Shown piece after piece: positions 9,477-19,693 of a DNA stretch of 64,000 nucleotides (positions are counted from its first letter, which is position 1; every line of letters begins with the position of its first letter). Both the position numbers and the translations under genes were made by a program. The notes beneath the pieces are model-generated. The model made no database searches and had not been told where the DNA came from. It was given only the letters and a program-made list of their open reading frames with translations. Source of the stretch: a virus (lineage: Duplodnaviria; Caudoviricetes); the IMG/VR virus record IMGVR_UViG_3300043447_000250, positions 27,214 through 91,213 of that record. The stretch is one strand, 5' to 3'.

Positions 9477-11238
9477 TGACTTCTTAGAGGCACTTAAAGA
9501 TAATAACTTTAAGGAAATGCCAGTAAATGCTAAGACTTTTGTTGAAGGCGAAGACTACCTTGGTCAGCCACCACTATCAGACGTCCAGTATGACATCGTT
9601 GAGGCCATGAGCCAGATATATAAACTAGAAGATGTTATTGAAATTCTGGGGGAAACAGAAGGAACTAGGTATTATAAGAAGTATACAAAGAATGAGATTA
9701 TTCTGCAACTTGGCAAGGGATCTGGAAAAGACTTCACATCTACAGTAGCATGTGCATACATTGTATACAAACTTCTATGCTTAAAGGATCCAGCAAGATA
9801 CTTTGGAAAGCCTTCTGGAGATGCTATTGATATTATTAACGTGGCTATTAACGCTCAACAGGCTAAGAATGTTTTCTTTAAAGGTTTTAAAACAAAGATT
9901 GAAAGATCCCCATGGTTTGCAGGAAAGTTTAACGCTAAGGCTGAATCTATTGAGTTTGATGATTCTATCACTGTTTATTCTGGTCACTCAGAACGTGAAT
10001 CTCATGAGGGTTTGAACCTTATCCTTGCGGTTCTTGACGAGATTTCTGGCTTTGCACAAGAGGTAGGAACTGGCAACGAGCAGGGTAAGACTGCTGACAA
10101 TATCTATAAAGCATTCCGTGCATCTGTAGACTCTCGTTTCCCAGACCTTGGAAAGGTTGCACTACTTTCATTCCCTCGTTATCCTGGAGACTTTATCTCT
10201 CAGAAATACGATGATGTTATTGCTGAGAAAGAAGTAATCAACTATACCCATAAGTTTATTATGAATCCAGATCTTCCAGAAGATGCTACTGGTAACTCCC
10301 TTGAAATCAATTGGGATGAAGATACTATTGTGTCTTACAAATACCCAGGAGTGTTTGCACTTAAGCGTCCAACATGGATTGTAAACCCTACAAGAAAGAT
10401 TGATGACTTTAAGTTAGCATTCTACACAGATCTTGGTGATGCTATGCAACGCTTTGCCTGTGTTCCTACATACTCATCAGATGCATTCTTCAAACAGATT
10501 GAAAAAGTTAGAACATGTATGACATTGAGAAACCCTCTTGATCAGTTTAGAAGATTTGATGAAACCTTTAAGCCAGATCCAGATAAGACATATTATATTC
10601 ACGCTGACCTTGCCCAGAAGCATGACAAGTGTGCGGTAGCAATTGCACATGTGGATAAGTGGGTAAATATTCAGGTAATTAAAGATTATGCACAGGTAGC
10701 CCCAGTAGTTGTAGTAGATGCAGTTGCGTACTGGGAACCAAAAGTAGAAGGCCCTGTAAACCTTTCAGAGGTCAAGCAGTGGATTCAAAACCTTCGTAGG
10801 CTTGGCTTTAACATTGGCATGGTCTCATTTGACCGCTGGCAGTCGTTTGATATTCAAAATGAATTAAAGCAGGTTGGAATGAGAACTGAGACTGTTTCTG
10901 TTGCAAAAAAGCACTATGAAGATATGGCTATGCTTGTATATGAGGAAAGACTTGCTATGCCAGCAATTGATCTTTTGTTTGAAGAACTTACAGAACTTAA
11001 GATTATGAAAAATAATAGAGTTGACCACCCACGAAAATCTTCCAAGGACTTGGCGGACGCCGTGTGTGGAGCAATCTTTGGGGCCATTTCTCATACCCCA
11101 AAGGATTTAAATCAAGAGATAGAAATTCATACTTTTAGAGATCGACCACGAGTTGACACCTCTAAAGATAATGTGATAGAATATAAACCTATGCCAGATG
11201 ATGTAAAAGATTATTTGGATAGATTCAATCTAATATAA
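9469..11238 (+). CDS. terminase large subunit
   Basis: Walker A GKGSGKD, Walker B VLDE, RNase H-type HADLA, SFDRWQS, KDLADA. Confidence 0.92.
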   Translation: MFDDFLEALKDNNFKEMPVNAKTFVEGEDYLGQPPLSDVQYDIVEAMSQIYKLEDVIEILGETEGTRYYKKYTKNEIILQLGKGSGKDFTSTVACAYIVYKLLCLKDPARYFGKPSGDAIDIINVAINAQQAKNVFFKGFKTKIERSPWFAGKFNAKAESIEFDDSITVYSGHSERESHEGLNLILAVLDEISGFAQEVGTGNEQGKTADNIYKAFRASVDSRFPDLGKVALLSFPRYPGDFISQKYDDVIAEKEVINYTHKFIMNPDLPEDATGNSLEINWDEDTIVSYKYPGVFALKRPTWIVNPTRKIDDFKLAFYTDLGDAMQRFACVPTYSSDAFFKQIEKVRTCMTLRNPLDQFRRFDETFKPDPDKTYYIHADLAQKHDKCAVAIAHVDKWVNIQVIKDYAQVAPVVVVDAVAYWEPKVEGPVNLSEVKQWIQNLRRLGFNIGMVSFDRWQSFDIQNELKQVGMRTETVSVAKKHYEDMAMLVYEERLAMPAIDLLFEELTELKIMKNNRVDHPRKSSKDLADAVCGAIFGAISHTPKDLNQEIEIHTFRDRPRVDTSKDNVIEYKPMPDDVKDYLDRFNLI

Positions 11239-11254
11239 AAGAAGAGGAAAATAA

Positions 11255-12949
11255 ATGAATTCATTTAAGAAAATCGCCCTAGGTCTTGCTGCAGCAATGT
11301 CATTTGGCGTAATGTCAGCACTTCCGACAAGTGCTGCTGTGAATGCACCAACTCTTACTATTGACTCAGCAACCGATGCTGTATCAACAGGTGAGTCTGC
11401 AACTGCAGTAGTAACATTGTCATTTGTGTCACAAACATCAGCAGATACGGCAACAATCATTTCTGCAATGTTCACACAGCCAACAGGTTCAGCAAAGTCT
11501 GCAACCTTCTCACTACTTGAGACATCTACAGCAACTGCAGCAATTGCAGGTAACCGTGTCTCAGCAGATGTTAACTCAACAGTTAACACACCAACATATG
11601 TAACAGCAAAGTTCTTGGTAACTTTGGATACCCCAGCGGTAGCAGGTTCATATGAGGCTCGTATTCTTACTACAAGCCCAATCAATGGTCCATCAGTAAC
11701 ATGGACTGTAACAGTTAAGGCAGCGGACCTAACACCTGCAGCCTCAACTACAACATCAATTCTTAATAAAGGTGAGACAGTTTCTGCAACAGCAGATGAG
11801 GCAGTCTATGCTCCAAAGGCAACTGCAACAGATGCAGCAGCAGTTATCGCTGTTACACCTAAGAACGCAGCAGGTGGATCTGCAACTGAGTCAATCCTTG
11901 CAACTGTAACAGGTTCAGGACTTATTGGTTACGGAACAAACCCTGCAACAATCTCAGCACAGGGTCGTGCACTTGTAATCCCAACAGGAAATCACATTGG
12001 TGTATTTGCTGACGGTACAGCGGGAGTATCAACAATTACTCTTACAACACTTACAGGTACAGTAATTGCAACAGAGAAGGTCACATTCTATGGTGATATT
12101 GCTTCAATCGTTGCAACACCAGTTAAGTCTGTTATTGCAGCAGGCTCAAATGTTTCAGTAGTTAAGGCAGTTGCATACGATGCATCAGGCGTAACAGTTG
12201 GAGCAGGAACACTTAATGCTTACTCAAGCGATATCTCTGTAGTATCTGATTCAGGTACAGCAGCAACTATCGTTAATGGCGAAGCAGTGTTCACACTTAC
12301 TGGTGTAAAGGCTGGAGGAGTTGCTCTTACAGTTAAGGCAGGAACAGTTGCTGCAATCGCAGTTCCAGTTCGTGTTGAGGGTACACTTTCAGCAGTTAAG
12401 ATTGCATTTGATAAGTCTGAGTATCTTCCAGGAGAAGCAGCAACAATTACTGTAACTCCAGTTGATGCAGCAGGACTTCCATTGTCTGCAAAGACACATG
12501 CAAATCTTTTTGCAACAGGTGGAATCACTTCATCTTATGCATTTGGATCAGGCTCAGATGTTATTACTGGAGTTTCTGTAACAACAGACACATCAACAGT
12601 TAAGACATTCAAGGTATTCATGCCATTGACTGAGACAGAAGTTAAGGTAACTGCAACTGGTGGAACTTCACTTCCACTTGCTGGACAGGTAGAAGTATCT
12701 GCAACAGCAAAGGTTACAAACAAGGCATCAGATGCAGCAAAGGAAGCAGCAGAGGCTGCAAAGGCTGCAACACTAGCAGCAGAAGCAGCAACTAAGGCTG
12801 CTGATGCAGCAACACTTAAGGCACAGGAAGCAGTAACAGCAGTTGCTACTCTATCTGCACAAGTTGCTACATTAATCGCTTCACTTAAGAAGCAGATTAC
12901 ATCACTTACCGCACTGGTCGTAAAGATCCAGAAGAAGGTAAAGGCATAA
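11255..12949 (+). CDS. secreted Ala/Thr/Val-rich Ig-like surface protein with C-terminal coiled coil
   Basis: Sec signal peptide (MNSFKKIALGLAAA...SA), beta-rich repeats, basic amphipathic C-terminus. Confidence 0.75.
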   Translation: MNSFKKIALGLAAAMSFGVMSALPTSAAVNAPTLTIDSATDAVSTGESATAVVTLSFVSQTSADTATIISAMFTQPTGSAKSATFSLLETSTATAAIAGNRVSADVNSTVNTPTYVTAKFLVTLDTPAVAGSYEARILTTSPINGPSVTWTVTVKAADLTPAASTTTSILNKGETVSATADEAVYAPKATATDAAAVIAVTPKNAAGGSATESILATVTGSGLIGYGTNPATISAQGRALVIPTGNHIGVFADGTAGVSTITLTTLTGTVIATEKVTFYGDIASIVATPVKSVIAAGSNVSVVKAVAYDASGVTVGAGTLNAYSSDISVVSDSGTAATIVNGEAVFTLTGVKAGGVALTVKAGTVAAIAVPVRVEGTLSAVKIAFDKSEYLPGEAATITVTPVDAAGLPLSAKTHANLFATGGITSSYAFGSGSDVITGVSVTTDTSTVKTFKVFMPLTETEVKVTATGGTSLPLAGQVEVSATAKVTNKASDAAKEAAEAAKAATLAAEAATKAADAATLKAQEAVTAVATLSAQVATLIASLKKQITSLTALVVKIQKKVKA

Positions 12950-12965
12950 ACTAAGCCAACAACTA

Positions 12966-12997
12966 AGGGGGTTAGCCTAGTGCTAGCCCTCTTTTTT
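12966..12997 (+). terminator. intrinsic terminator
   Basis: GC hairpin agggggttagc/gctagccctct followed by a T tract, after the stop codon. Confidence 0.75.
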
Positions 12998-13054
12998 GTG
13001 CAATAAAATGGTATAATCATCCTATCAGACATCCTGTCTGCAAGGGGGAAGGTT

Positions 13055-15229
13055 ATCAAAAGATTAATACTAAGATCAGCATTTATAACAGCACTATTAG
13101 CCCTATGGTTACTGATATTTCCACAGGATCACGCTCACGCTGATGAGATAAGTACTGTCCAAATAACCCCATCTGAATCATCTACAGTAGTAATAGAAAT
13201 AAATTCAACAGTCATTATAGAGGCAGCACAGACTGCAATAACTCAGGCTGAAACTGCCACGGCAGTCATACAGACACAAGCAGCAGCCATTACAGGACCT
13301 TCAGAGACAGTTACAGCCACTATCGCACAGGCTCAGGACTCTATCATACAGGCACAAGCAGTAGTAGATAGTGCTACTGTGGCTCTTGCTCAGGTAGATG
13401 GAGCAACCGTACTGGTTGTTGAGGCTGAGGAAAATGTTGCTGTTGCTCAAATTGCAGTTGATTCTCAAACAGCAACGGTATCATTAGGACAGACAATAGT
13501 AGATAGTGCTACTGCTACAGTAAATGCAAACACTTCACCTGGACTGACCATGACCATAATCCATAACCCTGGATACAACAATGCGCCACCACTTAATGTT
13601 GGAAATGTTGTAAGGGTTGTTACTGACACCAATGGAATTAATGAAAACTTTGATGCTAATGCAAATTTAGTAATGGCAAATGATGATTTTAAAGTAAGGT
13701 GGGATGGACTTTGGACACCACAAACAACTGGTACTCAATATATTACAGCCCCTGCAGATGACGGAGTTCTTTTATATTTAGATGGAGAGTTAGTCATTAA
13801 TGATTGGTTTGATAAAGGTGGTGGAGGATCTACCGCAGATGTTATGACAACCGCTGGAGTGCCAAAGCAATTTAGAATGTGGTACTACGAAAATGGCGGA
13901 GGAGCAAATATATCCTTGATTAGATATACAGGCTCTGGATGGGAAGTAATTCCTGCATCAGAATTTAGCACAACCAGTGCAAGTCCACAACAATTACAAG
14001 CACTTGCTGAAGCAAGAAATAACCTTAATGTTGCACAGGGGGCACTAGATATTCTTGAGGGTGACTTAACTACTGCAGAGGAAGATCTAATTGAGGCAGA
14101 AGAAAATCTTCAAGATGCTCAAGATGAATTAAACTCTTTAGTGCTTCAGGTTGGAACAGCAGTAAGTATTATGGAAAATAAAGTTGCATACGCTAATAAT
14201 GCAGTTAGCCAAACACTTGCCAATGAAGAAGCAGAAAGACAAGCAGCAGAGCAAGCAAGACTAGCAGCAATTGCTGCAGAGAATGCAAGGATAGCAGCAC
14301 AACAAGCATATGAAGCAGAGCAGGCTAGAATCGCTGCAGAAGCAGCCCGTGTAAAGGCTGAGGCAGAAGCAAAGGCAGCAGCGGAGGCTGCAGCAAAGGC
14401 AGAAGCAGAAAGAGTTGCTGCTGAAGAGGCTGCTAAGAAGGCAGAGGCAGAGCGAATTGCAGCAGAAGAAGCAGCAGCAAAAGCCAAGGCAGAAGCAGAA
14501 AAAGCAGATGCAGATAGATTAGAGGCTGAAGCAAAGGCGAAGGCTGCAGAAGAAGAAAAAATAAAGGCAGAACTAGAAGCAAAGATTAAGGCTGAAGAAG
14601 AAGCCAAAAAGTTAGCAGAAGAAAAAGAAGCAGAAGAGGCTAAGGCTAAAGCAGAAGCAGATAAAGCAAAGGCAGAGGAAGAAAAATTACTAGCAGAGCA
14701 AGCAGCAAAGAAGGCAGAAGAAGAAAAACTTGCAAAGATTGCTGAAGAAGCAAAAGCAGGAAAAGAATTATCTACTGAAGAAAAAGCGGTAGTTGTAGAA
14801 GCATTGATTGCAGATCTTAAGCCAGGAGAATCAGTGTCAGCAGCACAGGTGCAGGCATCTGGTGTATCTTACGCTGATCTTCCACCTTCAACTCCGATTG
14901 AATTGAGAACAGATGAGAGTGGAAACGCTCTTGTAATTACTGCAGAGGTAGCAGCAAATGTTGAATTAGTTCAAGATCCAGGTGCATTGTTAGAGGCAGC
15001 ATTAACAGATCCAGGAGCAGCATTGGCAGCACTTGGAAGTATTGGTGCAGATATGACAGAGGAAGAAAGAGAAGAAGCAAAAGATATGGTAGTGGCAACA
15101 GTAGTTGCAACAGGCGCAGCCCTTAATGCTGTAGGTTTGGCTACTGGAGGATCAGCACCTGCTGCTCCATCTAGTGGTTCAGCAACTGGAGCAAATTCAG
15201 GTGGTTCAAGGAGGAATGAAAAATGGTAA
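13055..15229 (+). CDS. secreted PA14-domain protein with long Ala/Glu/Lys coiled coil; inferred non-canonical ATC start
   Basis: PA14 motif (ADDGVLLYLDGELVINDW, YYENGGGA); frame open back to 13055 with RBS and a signal peptide ending AHA. Confidence 0.75.
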   Translation: MKRLILRSAFITALLALWLLIFPQDHAHADEISTVQITPSESSTVVIEINSTVIIEAAQTAITQAETATAVIQTQAAAITGPSETVTATIAQAQDSIIQAQAVVDSATVALAQVDGATVLVVEAEENVAVAQIAVDSQTATVSLGQTIVDSATATVNANTSPGLTMTIIHNPGYNNAPPLNVGNVVRVVTDTNGINENFDANANLVMANDDFKVRWDGLWTPQTTGTQYITAPADDGVLLYLDGELVINDWFDKGGGGSTADVMTTAGVPKQFRMWYYENGGGANISLIRYTGSGWEVIPASEFSTTSASPQQLQALAEARNNLNVAQGALDILEGDLTTAEEDLIEAEENLQDAQDELNSLVLQVGTAVSIMENKVAYANNAVSQTLANEEAERQAAEQARLAAIAAENARIAAQQAYEAEQARIAAEAARVKAEAEAKAAAEAAAKAEAERVAAEEAAKKAEAERIAAEEAAAKAKAEAEKADADRLEAEAKAKAAEEEKIKAELEAKIKAEEEAKKLAEEKEAEEAKAKAEADKAKAEEEKLLAEQAAKKAEEEKLAKIAEEAKAGKELSTEEKAVVVEALIADLKPGESVSAAQVQASGVSYADLPPSTPIELRTDESGNALVITAEVAANVELVQDPGALLEAALTDPGAALAALGSIGADMTEEEREEAKDMVVATVVATGAALNAVGLATGGSAPAAPSSGSATGANSGGSRRNEKW

Positions 15230-15393
15230 AACTAATCAAGGATATTCTTGATCAACAATGGACTCTCCTAGGCATGTTTATCGCTTGGGTTGTTTTGGAC
15301 GGTAGTGCAAAGACAGTTGTTGGTTATGGAATTATATTTACAATGCTAACTTGGATATTAAGTTATCCAATTAGAAATAGAGGAGATGAGTAA
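15223..15393 (+). CDS. small two-TM membrane protein, absent from the ORF track
   Basis: MVKLIKDILDQQWTLLGMFIAWVVLDGSAK..., RBS aggagg. Confidence 0.65.
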   Translation: MVKLIKDILDQQWTLLGMFIAWVVLDGSAKTVVGYGIIFTMLTWILSYPIRNRGDE

Positions 15394-15620
15394 TGAAAGA
15401 TAAAACAATGTATCTTCTAGCCATGATGGTAGGAGCAGCAATTTTAGCAGCAATCATAGGAGACTATGTAGTTGCAGGTATAGAAACACAAACTACAGGA
15501 GAAGCCGTTGAGGTTTCTTCAGATGTTATGACTCTTGTCCAAACAGCACTTGGTGGTGTCATAGGTATCCTTGGAGGATACTTTGGATCAAAGGGTAGTA
15601 ACAAGGATAAGGAGGACTAA
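15393..15620 (+). CDS. small membrane protein
   Basis: two hydrophobic segments, RBS. Confidence 0.7.
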   Translation: MKDKTMYLLAMMVGAAILAAIIGDYVVAGIETQTTGEAVEVSSDVMTLVQTALGGVIGILGGYFGSKGSNKDKED

Positions 15621-15621
15621 C

Positions 15622-15921
15622 ATGAACAGTATTACAAACATTTGGAATATCCTTATGCGTATTGTTGCAGTCTTTGCAGCAAATGCTCTAGCAGTAATTG
15701 GAGCAGGAGCAATTGCAGGGATCTCAGTAGCAAAGGCTATGACCGTTGCTGGACTTAGTGCAGTAGCAGTAGTTGTTGAGAAGTTGGCTCGTGCATTTAT
15801 GGATGACGGTAAACTCACAAGAGATGAAATTAATGCAGCATTTTCTACAACAGACAAGAACGCAGTAACAGTGCAGGATGCAGCAGTAGAAACACGCAGA
15901 AAAAGATCAAAGACAGCATAA
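15622..15921 (+). CDS. membrane protein (holin-like candidate)
   Basis: RBS aggagg, two TM segments, DDGKLT motif, basic tail. Confidence 0.65.
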   Translation: MNSITNIWNILMRIVAVFAANALAVIGAGAIAGISVAKAMTVAGLSAVAVVVEKLARAFMDDGKLTRDEINAAFSTTDKNAVTVQDAAVETRRKRSKTA

Positions 15922-15944
15922 GTAAGCATAGATAAAGGCTTATT

Positions 15945-16000
15945 TGACAGCCCCTTCTAGAACTGGTATACTTGATATATCGTACCTAGAAGGGGTTTTT
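15945..16000 (+). promoter_or_regulatory. sigma70-type promoter overlapping a terminator-like inverted repeat
   Basis: TTGACA-17-TATACT within ccccttctag...ctagaagggg followed by a T tract. Confidence 0.7.
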
Positions 16001-16002
16001 GT

Positions 16003-16533
16003 ATGACATGTATTGCTGTTGTTCGTGATGAAGTAAACAATAAAATCTATATGGCTGGTGATCGTGGTGCATCAGACAACTCTACTATTCTACCATTAAC
16101 TGCCCCAAAGGTGTGGAAACTAGGCCCATATCTAATTGGATATGCAGGCTCTATGGACGGGGAGCGTCTTCGTTATAACTTTAACCCCTATGTTCCTGAC
16201 ATTAAAGATACAGACAAGTTTATGCAGACTAAGTTTATTAAACAACTCAAGCAGTTTTATACTGATTGGTGGGTAGAGACTGGAAAAGATTCAGACTTTG
16301 GATTGATAGTTGCAGTTCGTGGAGAAATCTATGAGCATAGTGCGGGAGACATGTCACTATCTAAGTACAATGTTCCATTCTTGGCGATGGGCTCTGGCTC
16401 AGATTTTGCTATGGGGTACCTTGATGCAACAAAAACAACCAAGGATGCCCGTAAGCGTGTGGTAGGAGCGGTGAACTCTGCAATTAAGTTTAGCCCAACA
16501 TGCATGGGCCCAGTTGACGTAGTAAGTATTTAA
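16003..16533 (+). CDS. Ntn-hydrolase, HslV/proteasome beta-like peptidase
   Basis: N-terminal M-T-C-I, AGD, K, GYAGS, AMGSGS..AMG. Confidence 0.8.
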   Translation: MTCIAVVRDEVNNKIYMAGDRGASDNSTILPLTAPKVWKLGPYLIGYAGSMDGERLRYNFNPYVPDIKDTDKFMQTKFIKQLKQFYTDWWVETGKDSDFGLIVAVRGEIYEHSAGDMSLSKYNVPFLAMGSGSDFAMGYLDATKTTKDARKRVVGAVNSAIKFSPTCMGPVDVVSI

Positions 16534-16548
16534 GGGTATACTTATAAT

Positions 16549-16743
16549 ATGAACGAAGAGTTATCAATAGAAGAACAAGAGTTTGGTATTTGGATTACCA
16601 ACGGTATTGAGCGGGGATGGATCACAGAACCGTATTGTGATACTCATGATGGTGGATACCAGTACATGAGTGAAGAAGAGATTGAAGAATGGGAGCAAGG
16701 TGGAGACCCATGTTGCCATGTTGTAAGGTTGATGATTTCGTAG
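16549..16743 (+). CDS. hypothetical protein (leaderless)
   Basis: TATACT a few nt before ATG; CxTHDG...DPC. Confidence 0.7.
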   Translation: MNEELSIEEQEFGIWITNGIERGWITEPYCDTHDGGYQYMSEEEIEEWEQGGDPCCHVVRLMIS

Positions 16744-16769
16744 TGCCTCATGTATAGGGAGTTTACCTG

Positions 16770-17417
16770 TTGAGTATATTTTTAAAAAACAACATCTACG
16801 GATCTGAGTTTTGGGTTAATTCAGAAGAACTTAGTTTGTTAGAGATACTTGATGGGTCTGCTATGCCAGAAAACTGGAAACGATTTAATTTAATTTCAAG
16901 CGCCTATGATCGTTTTTTAATCAAGCCAGTAAATCCTTATGTAGATAATCTATATCCAAAACCAGAGATAGTTTCGTTCGATAAAGAAAATTTAAGCATT
17001 ATCTTAAGGCAAAGAACACATGCTGAAATATGGGTTGAAAAAAGAAAAGAATCTTTGTATGCGCTAGATAAGTGTTGGCAAAGACAATTTTATCCATCAA
17101 AAAATAAGTACGAAGACTTGAATTGTTTTTCCCCAACATTTAGATTTTATATGCCATGGATATTTGATAGGGAAAGAGATGCAATTGTTTGTGGGGTTGA
17201 TGATAGTCCCTTTTCTGTAAAAAAACAAATAGTTAAATTTAAACAGGCTAGAGAAGAAGCACCTAACAACTTTGTTGATTTTAAGATTAAAAGTTCAGGT
17301 AAACATATGGTAAATGATAAATATGGTATCATTGATATTGGGTCTACAATGTATGACATTCATATTAGTTTAACTGAAAAGGAAGTGGAGGCCATAGATG
17401 AACAATACAGAAAATGA
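16770..17417 (+). CDS. hypothetical protein
   Basis: 215 aa ORF in operon. Confidence 0.65.
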   Translation: MSIFLKNNIYGSEFWVNSEELSLLEILDGSAMPENWKRFNLISSAYDRFLIKPVNPYVDNLYPKPEIVSFDKENLSIILRQRTHAEIWVEKRKESLYALDKCWQRQFYPSKNKYEDLNCFSPTFRFYMPWIFDRERDAIVCGVDDSPFSVKKQIVKFKQAREEAPNNFVDFKIKSSGKHMVNDKYGIIDIGSTMYDIHISLTEKEVEAIDEQYRK

Positions 17418-18138
17418 AAAAATAATTACTTTTGTTCCTAGTGGTGACGAGAGCCTGCTTCTTGAGCCAGAGCCATCATATAAAAAGATACCTCAGTGGT
17501 ATAGAGATCTTGGAAAGCATTATAACTCTAATGATCTTGGCGACCTTAATCCAATTAATGATAGGGGCGGAGACGGCTCCAATGTCTCAACAAAACTTTG
17601 CTTGCCATTTCAAGATGCCATGAGTCTTGGGTATATGTACTGCTTAGAAGATGACCTACATGTTACACTTGATATTAATGGAAAGCCAGAGTTATCCTGG
17701 TCAGCAGACTTTATGATGATGGATAAGAGGCCAAATGTAGACTTGGCAATTCCAGAGGATGTTCATCCACTGCATTTTGGAGTAAAGATGCAATGGTTCT
17801 ACGAAACTCCAGAAAATTACTCTTTGCTTTTGACTATGCCTATTAATAGACCAGACCTGCCATTCTGGATCCCGTCAGGTATAGTTGATTCTGATATTTG
17901 GGGCTTGCCTGCATTTTTACCATTTTTCCTTAAAAGAAATTTTGAGGGGGTTATTCCAAAGGGTACACCAATTGCACAGATGATACCAATCAAGCGAGAG
18001 CCTTGGAATATGGTTGTTGATACCTCACAAGAGGCACGAGATAAGCATGAGTGGATGTCAGAAAATAGAAGGTCTCACATCACTGCACATTATAGAAAAT
18101 GGGCATGGCGTAAAAAGCAATACAAAAGCACGATGTAG
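17398..18138 (+). CDS. conserved phage beta-barrel protein (paralog family with 22383 and 31992)
   Basis: P.WY...K.C.PF.D...GY...GIVDSD...FEGVIPKGTP.AQ..P.KRE.W. Confidence 0.75.
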   Translation: MNNTENEKIITFVPSGDESLLLEPEPSYKKIPQWYRDLGKHYNSNDLGDLNPINDRGGDGSNVSTKLCLPFQDAMSLGYMYCLEDDLHVTLDINGKPELSWSADFMMMDKRPNVDLAIPEDVHPLHFGVKMQWFYETPENYSLLLTMPINRPDLPFWIPSGIVDSDIWGLPAFLPFFLKRNFEGVIPKGTPIAQMIPIKREPWNMVVDTSQEARDKHEWMSENRRSHITAHYRKWAWRKKQYKSTM

Positions 18139-18170
18139 TATAATAGACTAATAGCAATAAGGAGAAAAAG

Positions 18171-18833
18171 ATGCTAAACATTAGAGAAAACCGTACTCCA
18201 ACAAACAAGGAGCACAAGTTTTTTGAAAGATATCTGGACAACGATCTGCAAGATCTTCAAAAGTTCTTAGAAGAAAAGTATAAACTTATTGAGGCTGCAC
18301 AATTGCGTGGTGTTTCAGACCTAGAGAATGATGAGAAGTACTGGTTTGACTCTGGTAGCCTTTCTACTGTAAAGTGGAGAGAGTATAACGTGTTTCAACT
18401 TTATCATGCTGGACTTCATAATCTGTATAAGGCGCTATCAGATACTGTTAAGGAAGCGTGTGAATACTATGGCGTTGATTTTGAAAAGGAACAATACTAC
18501 GTTCAAGGCTGGTTTAATATCAATCACGCCAATGTCGGTAAGTTAAACTGGCACGACCATGGTGGACCATGGGCACCACACTTCCACGGATATTACTGTG
18601 TCAATGCAGAGCCATCGATCACACACTACAGACTATTTAATGATGAGTCAAGACTTGTTGAAAATGTAAATAAGAATAATAGACTTATTGTGTCCGAGAT
18701 GGGTCACCCACATGCTATGGGAGATTGGACTTGGGAAGGCTCTAGAGTAACAGTTGCTTATGACATTGAGCCTCTGAGCGCTCTCATTAATAACTATGGT
18801 ACTGTCCAGCAACATTGGATTCCATTAATTTAA
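18171..18833 (+). CDS. putative 2OG-Fe(II) oxygenase
   Basis: GWFN, WHDH, HAMG, R.TVAYD. Confidence 0.65.
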   Translation: MLNIRENRTPTNKEHKFFERYLDNDLQDLQKFLEEKYKLIEAAQLRGVSDLENDEKYWFDSGSLSTVKWREYNVFQLYHAGLHNLYKALSDTVKEACEYYGVDFEKEQYYVQGWFNINHANVGKLNWHDHGGPWAPHFHGYYCVNAEPSITHYRLFNDESRLVENVNKNNRLIVSEMGHPHAMGDWTWEGSRVTVAYDIEPLSALINNYGTVQQHWIPLI

Positions 18834-19669
18834 TGAAAACAATTTTTGTCCATATTTGGGGATATAAGAGTAGGTCACTTGCTGATGCGGTGGATACTCT
18901 TATATCCAACCAAAGTGGAGAAAATCAGATCACGGTTTCTGTACATGATCAAACCAATCTTACTAGGAAAGATAAGTTCCCATGCCGTTATAGTCATGTT
19001 CCGTGGGATACAATGGAATCTCCATATAAACTATTAGAGAAATCAATTGCTAATGTTAACGAAGATTTTTTTATGTATGTCAACGGCGCAATTTCATTTG
19101 AAGAAAACTGGGATACCAAGTTGCTAGAGCAGTATAATGATAAAGTTATTATATCTGGCAATCACGGTATTGATTTTTATAGTGAGTATAAGTTCCGTCC
19201 AGCCTATAGTAAGAGGCCTATTGATAATGTAGAGGTAACTAATTGGATTACCAATGATTTTATTTTTGCAAAGACTTCAACATTTAGAAAAGCACCAAGT
19301 ATATCTGGATTAAAGTATTTTGGCTTAGAAGATATCTACTCAATCTATGCAGCCCAGAATGGAGTAAGCATTTTTGCTATGCCAACATCATTTTGCAAAA
19401 GGCTAGATGTGGAAGTACAGGACTTTGACTATGTTCCATTCTCTCTTAATCATGGGTATAAAAAAGTTATAGATACCTATCATGGGGAAAACGCCTTCTT
19501 TTTAAATGCAAGGGAGGGCGTCTATAAGTTATCAGAACTTCTCAACTTTGAGTTCTATAAATTATATAAAATGCCTTTTGAAACCGACGACGTTTCCTAT
19601 AATGTTAAGATGGACTATGATGTCAAAAGTGTTGAAAAGTTTCTTGAAAATATTAGATATATTGGATAG
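18833..19669 (+). CDS. glycosyltransferase-like protein (GT-A fold, possibly degenerate)
   Basis: TIFVHIWGY N-terminus, FEENWD motif; no clear DxD. Confidence 0.45.
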   Translation: MKTIFVHIWGYKSRSLADAVDTLISNQSGENQITVSVHDQTNLTRKDKFPCRYSHVPWDTMESPYKLLEKSIANVNEDFFMYVNGAISFEENWDTKLLEQYNDKVIISGNHGIDFYSEYKFRPAYSKRPIDNVEVTNWITNDFIFAKTSTFRKAPSISGLKYFGLEDIYSIYAAQNGVSIFAMPTSFCKRLDVEVQDFDYVPFSLNHGYKKVIDTYHGENAFFLNAREGVYKLSELLNFEFYKLYKMPFETDDVSYNVKMDYDVKSVEKFLENIRYIG

Positions 19670-19693
19670 TGGTATAATTGATCAGGAGGGTTT

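Noticed and set aside
11230-14607. Long antisense ORFs (11230, 12220, 12535, 14146)
   Set aside because: Shadows of Ala-rich, GCA-biased sense genes
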